NCBI RefSeq assembly: GCF_018977255.1
Contig: NW_024704743.1
Location: 68,264,001 to 68,328,000 of the forward strand
DNA: 64,000 bases
Direction: 5' to 3'
Source of the DNA: Callorhinchus milii
Taxonomy: Eukaryota
The translations under genes and the position numbers were made by a program. Below the pieces are notes generated by a model. That model ran no database searches, was not told the DNA's origin, and saw only the letters and a program-made list of their open reading frames with translations. This document shows positions 49,992 to 62,409 of the stretch, piece by piece. Position 1 is the stretch's first letter. The number at the start of each line of letters is the position of its first letter.

Positions 49992-51855
49992 AACGTGCTA
50001 TAGAGGAGAATACAATTTTGATTTACAATCAAAATTCCAAATGAAAATAAAATGTCTATACAATATGAGGCCTGTAATTTGAAAAGACCAAAAATAGATC
50101 ATTTACATAACTTTCAGATTAAAATTATTTTCTTCCTGGCGTGTGCAAGAGCAGTGATTTACAGCTCAGAATTACCGAGTTCAGTCATTATTTAACTATA
50201 TTGTCTGTAATAACCTTGATATAAAACAGAACAAAACTTTGTCAGAAAGACATATGGAGCCATAGAAATTTATATTACAGAAGAAACCCATCCAGCCCAT
50301 CTTGTCTATGCTGGTACTTTGAAAGATCAGTCCCCTTCACCCACCTTTTTCCAATAACCCTGCAAATTATACATTTTATATATCCATCTTATTTCTCTCT
50401 TGAAAGCTAATGTGGATCAAACCACCAAACCAAACAGGGCATTCCACGTCCTAACAATACTGAAAATTTCTGTTTCTCGGTATGGTAGAACCCTGTTATA
50501 ATGCAGTAATCAGGATCCATTCAATCACAATCCACTTAAAAGTGAGTGTGATCAAGAGCAGCTATAGGTCAGCACACTGTGCAGACACGCAGACAGACAC
50601 CTGGCTTCTTAGGCTCAGAAATGATTGACTTTCATGCAGGAAATGACATGCACGGTGACCTGATAACTGGGAAGTTGGTCATTTTATTTTAGTGCATGAG
50701 AAACCAGCTGTCACCGGGGTCCATGGGAGGTCTGTGCACTGAATCCACTGGAGAACTGACTTATAAGTGAGCCAGTGTTATAATGGTAATTCCTGCTGTA
50801 ATTTCTTGCAATTTAAATGTCTTTAAAAACCTAACCTGTAGAACTTCGAACCAAACATTCCCGAAACATCATCAAGCCTGGGTGAAGATTGTAAGGCATT
50901 CTTAACAAAAGGAATATCTTGTTTTATTAATAAATGTCTTAACATGGTTTCTGAATGCCAGTGACATCTAAACATATCAACTTATTGTGTATGTAAGATA
51001 TATATTTTAAAAACTTTCTCTATTAGAAAAATGTCAACAACAACTTATATTTAAATAGAGTCCTGCATGTGGGGAAGTGTCCCAGAGCACTTGGCAATCA
51101 CAGAGTTTGACTCTGAGCTGGGGATTGAAGGGGAGCTGGCTGTAGGCACGGTCCAACAAATTCTTCTTGCAAAAATATGTTTGTTTTGATAATCAAAACA
51201 AATATATTTCAAATGAAAGAAATACACTGGCTTAATTCCACTCTTTTTCATACAGCCTCAGGTAGTAATGAAATAGCAGACAATGTTCTGTCACCGAACC
51301 AGGTATTACATTGATTATGTCTAAGAAACTTATTAATGGATCCAGGCACAATATTATTTTAATGTTGACTGCTTGTGGCTCTCAAAATAGATTCTCTCAC
51401 AGAATAATGCTTAACCAAGTGCACCCTTCCAACACAGAATTGCTCACCCCTGCGCTATATTTATATTGTATTTATATTTGCCAATAATTATTAAAGCATA
51501 AATTTTTTGACAAAATCCTGTGAAGCAATCATAGAGGAATAATAAGTCTAAAATACAACTGACATTTTATACAGCACATCGTTAAATTGGCATTACCTTT
51601 TTTGTAACGTCAATACTTTTAATACCAATTTTAAAAGAAAACATGTATCTTAAGCAACTAAATACTTGTAAATCACTTACCACTTCAATATCCAGTTCTC
51701 GGCTGATAAAATAAATTTCTTATTGTGTTATAAAAACTGTTTTGTCAAAATTATTTGTAATTGACAAGCTTGTCTGCTGTAAAATAATTGCAGAGATGCT
51801 GATATGCTCGATGAACTAAATTGAGGTATTTTATTATTCTCCTCTATAGCACGTT
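49992..51855. repeat. Perfect 21-bp inverted repeat pair (49992-50012 and 51835-51855)
   Basis: aacgtgctatagaggagaata / tattctcctctatagcacgtt. Confidence 0.75.
50481..50800 (+). mobile_element. pogo/Tigger-like MITE, diverged
   Basis: TAtggtagaaccctgttataatgc...ggatccat at the left and gtgttataatggtaattcctgctgTA at the right; second copy at ~24.8 kb. Confidence 0.5.
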
Positions 51856-51914
51856 AATTAATCCTGTGATAAAATATTTGAAATAAACAATATTTTTCAT
51901 TCCAAATTCACCTA

Positions 51915-52102
51915 AAAAAGTAATAATAATAATTTGGTCACTCAGTCCATGACTGTTTGTGGGACACTGCTATGCGCAATTGGCTGCCGTGTTTCACCCA
52001 CAAAATATACAGTCAATTCACTTTACAGTATATTCTGTGAAGCATTTTGAGATGTCTAGAAGGTGTGGAAAGCGCTATATCAAATGCAAGGATTATTATT
52101 AT
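51915..52102 (+). mobile_element. SINE 3' half
   Basis: ttggtcactcagtccatgactgtttgtgggac...aaagcgctatatcaaatgcaagg(att)n. Confidence 0.88.
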
Positions 52103-52410
52103 TAGATTAGATTTTAACAGTCATAATGAATGGCAGTTAGCTAACGAATATGGAAATGGGTAGAACTTCCAATAGAATTGTGATGAAATTACATGGAGTT
52201 TGATAATTATTTTGTGTAAATACCTGATAACAAGACACTAGCTTAACTTAGTCACTATCATTTAAGTAGACATGCTGTCAATATCTGAGGTTTCCATGCT
52301 TAATACGTAACTCGTCGCATTCTAGAAATTCTTGTAAGTACTTATAATGGTAAATTGATCGGATAACTAATCCTATAAGATAGCGTTGCATTGCAGAGAC
52401 CTCCCACCCT

Positions 52411-52634
52411 ATCAAGTGACTGGTCCAGCACTCAGTGGAGGTTGGGTGCACATACTCAGATGGTTCGCAGAGGTCTCTGGTTCATCAGAGAGCTTCCCTC
52501 CGAGCCTGTGACTGAATAGGGCAGGAGGCAACAGCCCAACCCTCCAATAGACCAGAGGCCTCTGCGATGCGTCTGAGCATGCGTATCCGCTGAGCTCCCA
52601 ATTGTGGCCCAGAAGGACCAATGCCACTCATGAT
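52411..52634. other. GC-rich rod-like foldback (imperfect inverted repeat)
   Basis: tcgcagaggtctctggt (52465-52481) / accagaggcctctgcga (52551-52567); the stem extends to 52444/52588, with outer pairs tggtcc/ggacca and atca/tgat. Confidence 0.75.
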
Positions 52635-53315
52635 AACTCGTGGCTGAGCCCTTTTCCCTTGGAGTGACAAGTTAGCAGAAGTTTACTATATCAATAAACA
52701 GCTTGTGTGATGGCCCAGTCAGTAAGGATTAAACCTGGTATAGCCACCAGCCACAGAGATCCAGAATTACACCTTGTGTATCCTACTGTGTAGCCCGTTT
52801 GTCTATAAATGCCCATCATATGTTTTGAGGCATTTCAATGATATGATAAAGCACTATATTAAACAAAAGGGTTATTATTATTATTTTGCCTTAAAATATA
52901 GGACTGTCTTAAATCCTTAAATTTAGTCTGAATTTGGAAGCTGTTATTCTGCAGTTCTTAAAAAGAACCAGCTAGTGGGGCAAAAACTGGTTAAATATTG
53001 TTAATATCCATCATCAAAAACATCAGATCTACAGACTGCATTTCATATGTCTGCAAAATATTGTTAGTTGAGTCAATACACATTATGATGTGAAGTGATA
53101 AGATTCATAGCAGCTACAAATGATAAATAGTAACAGACTGTCAAGGTCTATGGGGTAGTTATGATTTTAAAAGGTGTGGCAAATAGTTCTTTTAATTACC
53201 ACATATAGTATGTTATAAACATTGAATAACGCTAAGGCAAGCATGCAAAGCATACTCTATCTTGATTTTTTTCTTACTTCTTCACAACTCAGTACATATA
53301 TGCGCTATTAGTCGT

Positions 53316-53885
53316 GGGTCAGCTTGGCTCAGTCGGTAGCACTCTCATCTCAGACTTAAAAGATTGTGGGTTCAAGTCCCATGTCGGGTCTTGGAAAACA
53401 TATAGTCTAAGATGACACTCCATTACAATGCTGCATTGTTGGATGTGCCATCCTAATAATAATCACTCCAAAAACATTAATAAATTGTTCATTTTCAATC
53501 CACGACTGCTGTGGCTGCCGGGTTTCACCCACAAATATACGGTTAATTCACTTTACAGTCTATTCTGTGAAACGCTTTGAGACGTCAAGAAGATGTGAAA
53601 AGCGCCATATCAAATGCAAGGATTATTATTATTATCCTTCAGCTGAGATGTTAAATCGAGGTCCTATCTGCCTGTCCAAGTGGATATTAAAGATCCTGGC
53701 ATCCCGACCAACAATTCCTCAAAGAAAATTGGTCACTCATTCGATGGCTGTCTGTGGGACAGCCTAAATTGACTGCCATTCACTCATGGAATACACAGTC
53801 GCCACTTTACAGTAAAGTTTGTGAAATACTTTGAGACATCTCAACAATGTAATAAGGCTCTTATCAAATGCAAGGAATATTATTT
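53316..53885 (+). mobile_element. Full-length DeuSINE with a nested short-subfamily SINE 3' half (53455-53633)
   Basis: Head gtcagcttggctcagtcggtagcactct...gggttcaagtccc; atcct duplicated at 53450-53454 and 53634-53638. Confidence 0.85.
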
Positions 53886-54584
53886 TATTTTTGTACCATC
53901 GATTTGTACGGTTCCCTGGTTGTAGAATAGAATTTAGCAAAATTTCAGTGTGCACCCATGTTTTCTCCAGATTCCTTGCCCTGTTCATCATCAGCATGCA
54001 CGATGCAGAAGTTTCTGTAAATGGCAATTAAACAAGGAGAAAACAGAGCAGATGGCGCAAGGCAGTAAATGATCAAAGAAACCATTATAGAAACAATGCA
54101 ATTGCTAATGCCACAGCCAGCAACTACAATACCATTAGAGTTATTACACATGAAGGACTACCAATGTACAAAATTGTGCAGTGTAGAATTTCTACAAGCC
54201 AAGTGAAAGAACTATGCAATGCCAACAACAACAATTTGCATTTATATAGCTCCCTTTACGCCAGACGGCGTCTTGGAGCGCTTAATGCAATTTGACTTTG
54301 CAAGCAGGGCTGAGCTACAGCATTGGCTTGTCATCTGAACAGGAATTGAACAAACAACAAGTTTTGACCCACATACGTGTACAGTGAACCGAGTGCAATG
54401 ATGGGGAAAGTAACTGCAATGATAGAACTGTAAATGACCAGTATTCTGACTCTTGCTCATATTGTTAATATATTGCCACATTACAAACCTCACTTGATTG
54501 TTGTTAGGAGCCAAGAGATATGTTGCTTATTTCCATAGTCATACAGCTGTAGAATACATATAACACAAATTTCAACCCATATCG

Positions 54585-54765
54585 GGCATAGGAACGGGAA
54601 TAGGCTCCTCGAGCCTATTCCACCGTTGTATTAGATCATGGCTGATATATACCTCAACTCTATTTACCTGCCTTGGTTCCATATCTTTTGATACCCTGAC
54701 CTAATAGATATCTATCCACCTCAAACTTGAAATTCCAACTGACCCAGCATCCACAGTCTTTATAG
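54585..54765 (-). mobile_element. CR1 3' end fragment
   Basis: cataggaacgggaataggc...cctcgagcctattccacc...tagatcatggctgat...cctcaactc. Confidence 0.6.
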
Positions 54766-56958
54766 GAAATACAAACTGGAAGAAAGGCAAAGCAAAAAAC
54801 ACAAAGCATATGGCACCTTTCAAATTATAAGAATGCCTCCTTTACAAAGACCAAGTGTGAGCTTGAGCTGGGAGGGGTGTAGGGAGGGTAGGAGGGAGCT
54901 GACCGAAGTCACAATCAAAATAAATAAATTGACCTACTCTAGCCTCACTCTCCTGGCTGCCCCCTTCTACTCGGTTACCTCAGGACTGCTGTTGCTCTCT
55001 CACCCCCTCCTCTCAACCATTGGTAGCTGAGCCTTCAGCCACTTCCATGGAGTTAGCATTATCTGCAAAAAATTGTGGCCCAATCGTGCTATGTCAAGTA
55101 TTAATGTTTCCATTAAAGATTAATATAACTTTATATGAATGTGTATTTCCATTGCCCAGCAATAGTTTGCCTACGCTGACATTTAATTATAGCAAAGTTA
55201 GTGGGGCATGGATAATTAGCCAACCTTGCCTTTTTCAGTCTGGTTTGCATTTTCATTTGTATTGGTCATCAGTTATGATTAATAATATTGCATCAATTAA
55301 CTTTGTACTCCTTATTTTAGATACTGCTATTTTATACCTACTATTCTGGCATCATTTTAGATATTAATTTGTGGGATATTATTATTAATGTTAACTTTGT
55401 GATTTTCCATAATGACTATTCTTTTCATACTGTTTCACCATGTTTCTACTGCAATAACAGTGCACATCATCTGAATGCTTGCCATGCCACTGCATAATGA
55501 TTACATTACTTCAAACCAATCAGTCACACCTTCCTTCATAATCACCAGGGGGTGAAAAAGAGCAGAGAATTTGGATCAGAGCAGTCACCTCCAGTGGAGG
55601 AGCGAGCACCTTCGAGCTACAGTTTCCTGGGCAACAAGCTCAGGCAATGCAAAGAAAGGCACGCTCCCAGCCGAGCAAAATCTCAGTCCCTCTTGAACAA
55701 CTTGAACATTCACAAGCATTGTTTGCAAAAAATAATCAATATCTCTGTAGCTCAAAATTATCTTCTTTTAACAAACTTTTATGCCATTTACAATTGAGGT
55801 CTTTTTCTTTGCAAAATGTCCCCCAAGTTATCCAGGATTGTTTTCTTTTAAGTGCTGACATTAATTAACTTGTGAAAGGCTTAAGCTTCACTTCAGTTTA
55901 ATAAAAACATGTTCTCAGCTGCCTACCTCATCTATACAGAAAATATGCATCTAATTTTGCACTCTGATAATAAAGCTGTGAGCGCATGGAATTGTGGAGA
56001 ATCTCTGAAGTGTATAAAGGTCTTGAGTTACAAGAGACTCTCCTGCAATCACATTCTTTCAGCCCTGTATCTGAATAAATATTGGAGTAGAAAAAAGAGG
56101 ACACCTATTCTGAAGACGCTTCTGCTATTAATCAGTATATATGAGACTTGGACATGAAAATGAGAACTTTGTTACTTCACCATTTGCATTCACAGGATGA
56201 AACAAATCTTTCTCGGCTAAAGTATCGAATTGCAATGATTTTACCACTGTCCCTTCTGTGCTGAAATGTATGCGATTCTACATTGGGTTAGAATAGACCA
56301 GTGGGGTAGCTAAACAGCAGAGTTCTCATGCACTGAATGGCATCTTTCTGTGCTCAAATATCTGAGATGCTATCATTTAAAAAAGTGGTTATTTAGTATG
56401 AGGCCTTAGGCCAAACTAAGGCAAAGCCTTCCATTGGCAAATGTGTGAATAATAGCTGTTCACACAAACAATTCACATTCTAATTACACATTCACTCTGT
56501 CAACAAAAATTAAATCCAAAGCACTACTTTACTGTCAGAACCTTTGAAAAAACAATTTTTTGCACATTTTCTGTGTGAGAAAAGTGTCCCCATTTGCCTA
56601 ATAATTATTATTATTGTTATTAATAATGAGCTAAGGTTGACTCTAATAGCCAGAGACAATCCACTCTGACAAAAGATGGGTAGCCCAGCTTCAAGTCCTG
56701 ATCATGAGATAATGATCCCCATTTAACATCATAAAGCTGGTGAAAGATTATTTTGATGTCTGGTTTTAAGAAATTCTGATCCAAGCTACCGTTTCCTGGA
56801 AAATTAGGAAAATATAATAATAGTTCTTGCATTTTATATAACAGCAATTGAATATCTAAAAATTTGATTCAGCTTCAACACGGGTTTATTATAGTCCCTC
56901 TACAATCCTTACAGTATGAACCATGTCACAGAGCATTTCCTTCTTTTGACCATCAACA

Positions 56959-57675
56959 AGGTGTCAGCCTGGCTCACTTGATAGCACTTTCGCCTTGAAT
57001 GACTCAAAAGGTTGTGGTTTCAAAACTACACTCACATAGTCTAAACTGACGCCAGTGCAGTGCTGCATTGTTGAATGTGCCATACTTCAGTTGAGACATT
57101 AAACCGAGGACCCGTCTGCCTGTTCAGGTAACATTAAAGATCCCAGGGCATTATTCAAAAAGACAAGGGAATTTTTCCCAAAGTTCTGACCAACAATCCT
57201 CTAAATAAAATTGGCCATTCATTCAACTTCATGATTGTTTTGGGGACAATGCTGTGCACAAATTGGGTACCGTGTTCTCCCAACAGAAACTAGAACAACA
57301 GTTTTCATATAAAGAGAGCCCTTCACGTATCATAGAGCACTTAACAATGGCACGGCTTGACACCGAGCTGAAAAGGGGAGGGGAGGTGACCGAAGGCATA
57401 GTCAAAGAGGAAAGTCGTAGGTGTGATTTGAAGGCAGACAGGGGGCAAGACGGAGGGATTGAGGCAAGGAGTTCCAGCGATTCAGGGCATAGTGGCTGAA
57501 AGTACGGCCACTAAGTGTGGAGCAGATGGGACGAGGGATGTGGAGCAGACCTGTGCCAGCTGAGCAAAGATGGTGAGTAGAGGAAAAAACACACATAGTA
57601 TACCCTGTAAAGCACTATGGGATGTCCTCTTAATGTCAAATGTGGTATACCAAAATACAAAGAATATTATTATTC
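56959..57675 (+). mobile_element. DeuSINE split by an antisense L2 3' fragment (~57290-57570)
   Basis: Head ggtgtcagcctggctcacttgatagc, Deu segment to ~57285, SINE tail resuming at ~57590; the insert translates RPICSTLSGRTFSHYALNRWNSLP on the minus strand. Confidence 0.75.
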
Positions 57676-57869
57676 TCAGCTGTGCGTCTGATGTTATAAG
57701 ACATTTTCAGAGTTGGACAGACACTGTGAATAACATTGAGAAAGATTATTGATCAGCGGGGTGGCCAGGCAATGTCACTGCCGAGCACAATACAGGATCA
57801 TCACTTATACAAAGGGTCTTAGAGCACGATCTGAAAAATCGCAGAAATAAGAAAGGAAAATGGCTTTTT

Positions 57870-58130
57870 ATAGCAGCTTAAATGTCAAAACATCTCAATG
57901 TGCTTCACAGCAATTATTGACAAGTGTTTCTTTTAGTTGGAAACGCAACAGCATTTTCTCCACAAACAGCCATGAGGTAAATGACTGATTACTCTGACAT
58001 ATTGTTGGCTAGGACACCGGGAGAAAGTCCTTTCTGTTTTTGAATGTTATAAGATATTTAATATGAGGACAGGCAAATAGGATCTCAGCTTAGCATCTTA
58101 TCCAAAGGGCAACATGTCCGACAATGAAGC
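57870..58130 (-). mobile_element. Diverged DeuSINE fragment
   Basis: cacaaacagccatga...ggctaggacaccgggagaaa...acaggcaaatagg. Confidence 0.55.
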
Positions 58131-58428
58131 TCAGCCCTAAAATCACTGGACTCACTTCAGTGGGATGTTGCTACAGACCTCCCTCTAGCAGTTAGTATGG
58201 CTCACAGCCAACACTAGACATGTCAAGCACTGCTACTTTGTCAATTTATGATAGTTCTGGCTCACCAGATAAACCAGGACACAGCCTGCCCTCAAAGTTA
58301 AAGCTCAATACAGTCTCCTTTCTTTGATCTCTCTGACCATTGCAGAAGAAAGATGGGAAGGGCTTCAGGCCTGCTACTCCTGTGTTGTGCTTAACCTGGT
58401 TGTCCCTTTCAAGGCAAGAAACAGGCAA

Positions 58429-58751
58429 GTGGAGTCCTGTAGCTCAGTGGTTAGAGCACATGCTTTGAAAGCGAGAGACCTGAGTTCAATTCCAGGCAGG
58501 GCGAAACCTTGGGCAAGTTTCCTTACTCCACACAGAGCCTAATAATAATCCCTCCAAAACCAAAAACATAATAAATTGGTCATTTTCAATCTACGACTGT
58601 TTGTGGGACATTGCTGTGCGCAATTGGCTGCCGCGTTCGCCCACAAATATACAGTCAATTCACTTTACAGTGTGTTCTGTGAAGCGCTTTGGGACGTCCT
58701 CCCGACGTGAAAAGCGCTATATCAAATGCAAGGATTATTATTATTATTATT
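58429..58751 (+). mobile_element. Full-length young tRNA SINE, short subfamily
   Basis: Near-identical to 18224-18543. Confidence 0.92.
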
Positions 58752-59196
58752 AAACAGTAACTTGCTTCTCTGAAATCTTAGCAGTGAAATTACTAAATTG
58801 CTCCCTGGCTTTTGGATGTTTGCGAATCCCTGCAACTTAACTAATGCTAATTTAGCACAATCAGGAATGGAAAATAAGACATCGCTGCACATGATCACCA
58901 TTAGTGGTTTCATTAGTCCAGATTGCAATTTCAAAGTGCCACTTTTATAAAAGGGTGTTAGGTTCACACCTGTTGAACCAACTCACACATGACAGTTTAC
59001 AGGCAGGTGTTACCTTAAGTGGCAGATCTGATTGCACTTCTTAGATCTCCTGCCATGAGCAATAGCCACTGATCTCTGCTTGTCACCTTGGCAGTGAACT
59101 TGTATTATTCTTCATTTGTGGGTGCATAAACCATTAATTGATTCATTTTGAAGTTGTGAAATTATTGGAAAAAGCACCATAAATTGTTACATAAAC

Positions 59197-59365
59197 TTTT
59201 TGGTCAGCCAGGTGTCTGACATATGCAGAGAGCTATTATGTGCTTAAAGAGTACCCAAACCAAACTGGGAATTCCATTTATGCCACCTACACGTGGAAAT
59301 TCCTGTGTATTGGAATGGAATGTGCACTCTCTCCTTGGATGGACGCTTCCTCCTTACCTAATTCT
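59197..59365 (-). repeat. Repeat 'A' copy
   Basis: ttttggtcagccaggtgtctgacatatgcaga matches ~3950-3980; gcactctctccttgga...cttacctaattct. Confidence 0.7.
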
Positions 59366-59984
59366 AAGAGAGTATAAAGGTGCAGAGAATAGTGACTTCA
59401 GAAGATCAGAACATCAAAAAGTAACATTGGAATTCTTTAAAATGTCACCACTATATTTGTATTCAGACGCAGTAGGAGACCTCATGGCTCTTCTCCTGAA
59501 GACTGAAATCATGTGAAATAGATGTATAAAAATAGTCTTTCAGGTTCAAGCAAAGCATATAATTCCATTTTTCACGCAGTTGTATTGCACTTTTTAGTCT
59601 GGGTATGAATAATATGTTACGGTAAAAACCAATTACTTCTCATTTAAAACAATTCAGTGTTTCTCACGCAATAATTGCGTGAAAAACTGTTTCTTAATCC
59701 AACAGTAGTTTCACACGTTCTAATCGATTTAAAACTAAAGGTTAAAACTGCCACTTACAATCGTTTAAAAAAGTATTTCTTTCCATCTGTCATGTACCAT
59801 GTACAATAATGGATTCAGTTCATTCACTTTATAATGGATTATTCAAACACATTTGAAAGGTGTTGTAGGGCTGAGAATGAAATGTAAAGCATTTCCATCA
59901 GTTTGTTCAGGTAATCTATACTGCTGGAACATTTGTCTCATTTCTCCGCATTTCATGATTTGTATGCTTGCGTAAACTGTGATT

Positions 59985-60460
59985 ACATAGTTACCTACAA
60001 CTTCACAGCATGAGAGCAGGCCAATCGACCCAACTAGTCTGTGCTTGTTTTTATACTCCACATGTATCGACAAACGCTCTTAATTCCCTTACCTAAACCC
60101 CTCTATTCCCTTCGCCTTCATATATGCATTGTTTCCTCTTAAGTACATTGGTGATGCATTTTCAATGCTTCAAGAAGCTACTCCACATGAAGAATGATAT
60201 ATAAATAGAAATTGTTGATGATGCTTTCTGTTTCAACCGTAGTTTCTGGTAATGATTTCTACATTCTTACCATCCTCTGCGTAAAACAAGTTTCTCCTAA
60301 ACTCCTTTTTAGATCTGTTCTTGGCTGTCATATATTTCTTCTTCCCTTGTTGTGATTTACTAACAAGTGGAAACAGCTTATTAATGTCCATCTTATTTAA
60401 TCCTTTAAATTCATCTATCAGTTCCTTTCTCAATCACCTCATCTCCAGGGGAAAAAAATT
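59985..60460 (-). mobile_element. Old CR1 3' fragment
   Basis: ORF 60233-60433 KGLNKMDINKLFPL...RRNLF; aggccaatcgaccc 3' UTR-like motif. Confidence 0.55.
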
Positions 60461-60729
60461 GCATCCTAAGAAATCTACCCTGTTCTCTCTACTATAATAT
60501 CCTGTCTTAACTATTCACTGTTGGTTCTTATTCTTCCCAGCACAACTAGATTTATCCAGAGTTTAGTGAAACCATGTTTAAATAGAGTGGAGTCTAGTTT
60601 GCAAACCGTGTTAATAAATGCATGTGTATTATGCGTGTTCTCTAAACTGTGCATAAGCACGTATGTTCAGAGAGAATTACAAGTGTATGTAAAGTAATAC
60701 AGAATCCACTGTAAACATTATTACATTCA

Positions 60730-60802
60730 TAATAATAATAATCCTTGCATTTGATATAGCGCTTTTCACGTCGGGAGGACGTCCCAAAGCGCTTCACAGA
60801 AC
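60730..60802 (-). mobile_element. Young SINE tail
   Basis: (aat)n ccttgcatttgatatagcgcttttcacgtcgggaggacgtcccaaagcgcttcacagaac. Confidence 0.9.
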
Positions 60803-61425
60803 ATCACATCTAGGCTGGACTTCTCCAAATTTCTGCTTGTCAGCCTTCCCAACTCTTCCCTCCACAAGCTGCAGTTCATCCAGAACTCTGCAGCTCGTGT
60901 CCTCTCCCGGGCCAGGCTCCGAAACTCCATGACACCCATCATCACCCAGCTCCACTGGCTAGCCACATATATATATGTGTGTATGTATATATATATAGAG
61001 AGAGAGAGAGAGAGGATAGAGTTCAAAATCCTCGTCTTCGCCTTGAAAGCCCTCCAAAGCCTTGCTCCTCCCTACCTCTGTGACCTGCTAACCCCATGTC
61101 TGCTCCCTCCATTCAGCAGGCCCCTGCCTGCTCCATATCCCCCGACCGGCCTGCCCCACCATCGGCGGTCGGGCCTTCAGCCTCTCTGACCACACACTTT
61201 GGAACTCTATCACACAGTCCTTTCGCCTTGCTCCCTCCCTTGCCTGCAAAGCACGTCTCAAGACCCTCCTCTTCGACCACGTTTTTGGTCACCCTCCTAC
61301 CAATACCCTCCCTGCCCTTCACCCCTCCTGATCCCAAACCCCTACTCGGCTCCAAATCCCTGACTCTCCAGCGCCTTAGGACGTCCTTCCAACGAGAAAG
61401 GCGCTATACAAATGTTGTTTGTTAC
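60803..61425 (+). mobile_element. L2 3' fragment with an internal (AT)/(GT)/(AG) microsatellite at ~60967-61014
   Basis: ITQLHWL-[microsatellite]-RIEFKILVFALKALQSLAPPYLCDLL; tail cagcgccttaggacgtcc. Confidence 0.88.
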
Positions 61426-61769
61426 AATTAAGGGAACTTTTACCCATGTGTTTACATATAGTTTACACATTCTGTAAATCAGGCCCCAGTGTTTGCTAAA
61501 TCAAAAGAGAGTTTCAAGAGTTGATATTTCTTCAAATATTATTTAGCTTTTTTTTCAGACGGAAGTCTAACATGCATGGAAACCCCTTGATATGCTTAAG
61601 AATCTCTTAGATTTAACTTTACATTTACCTTAAGCCAGATAAATGTGATAGTCAAGGCTATCAGGAATCTTTGCGAATTACATCAATCTGAACTTGCTGA
61701 ACGTTATGTAACATTAGGAACAAGTTCCTGTCAGTTTTCTGGTACTTCAGGAATAAAGTAAAAAAAATC

Positions 61770-62250
61770 TGCACTGTACATTTCTGTACATCTCAGACCC
61801 TTCTGTCAATCCATTTCTTTGCTAAAATAAGTATCTAATTCCAGCTAAATTTGCTGCCACAACTGCCTCTACCACTGCTCTGGGTAGTTCATTCCACATA
61901 TTCACCATACCTTGTCCAAGGTAATGGAATCTGAATCTTTCTCTTTTAAGCTTAAGACTATTGTCCTCTTCTTCTAAATATTAGGACCACAGAATTAGAG
62001 TTTGTTTTATCTTTACCCTTTAAACTCTTTAATACTTCAGCACTTATTTTCTTTTTTATCTCCTGAGCTTTTGGCTTTTAGCCTGATTATTCCCAGCGTT
62101 TTCAACATTTCCTCACTCAAATGCCTAATTCCAGCTATCAATTTAGTTACCCTTTGTCTCCATGCCAAGAGGTAATTTTTTTGTAATACGGTAAACTATA
62201 CAGTAACTTTGTGCTGCTTTGGCACAATGACTGAATTAAATGGATAGGTT
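61770..62250 (-). mobile_element. Old CR1 fragment
   Basis: gcctctaccactgctctgggtagttcattccacatattcacca...ttaagactattgtcctct, a typical antisense CR1 3' region. Confidence 0.45.
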
Positions 62251-62409
62251 GGTTGACATATTGATGTGCTGCTTTGTGAGGAAAGTCAAAATTATATTGA
62301 CTAATACTGCAAATAGTTAATCTATAGCCCCATTGGTATTGATTTATTTTGTCTCTATTAACCTCCTTGATTTTTCTTTTTTATCTACTTTTCAAAATTT
62401 ATTTGCCAG

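Noticed and set aside
52463..52560. HDV-like ribozyme (gct-tccctccg-agc as P3/L3, plus ggcaaca)
   Set aside because: P2 does not abut P3, no GG follows the putative P1 to form P1.1, and P1 has a mismatch.
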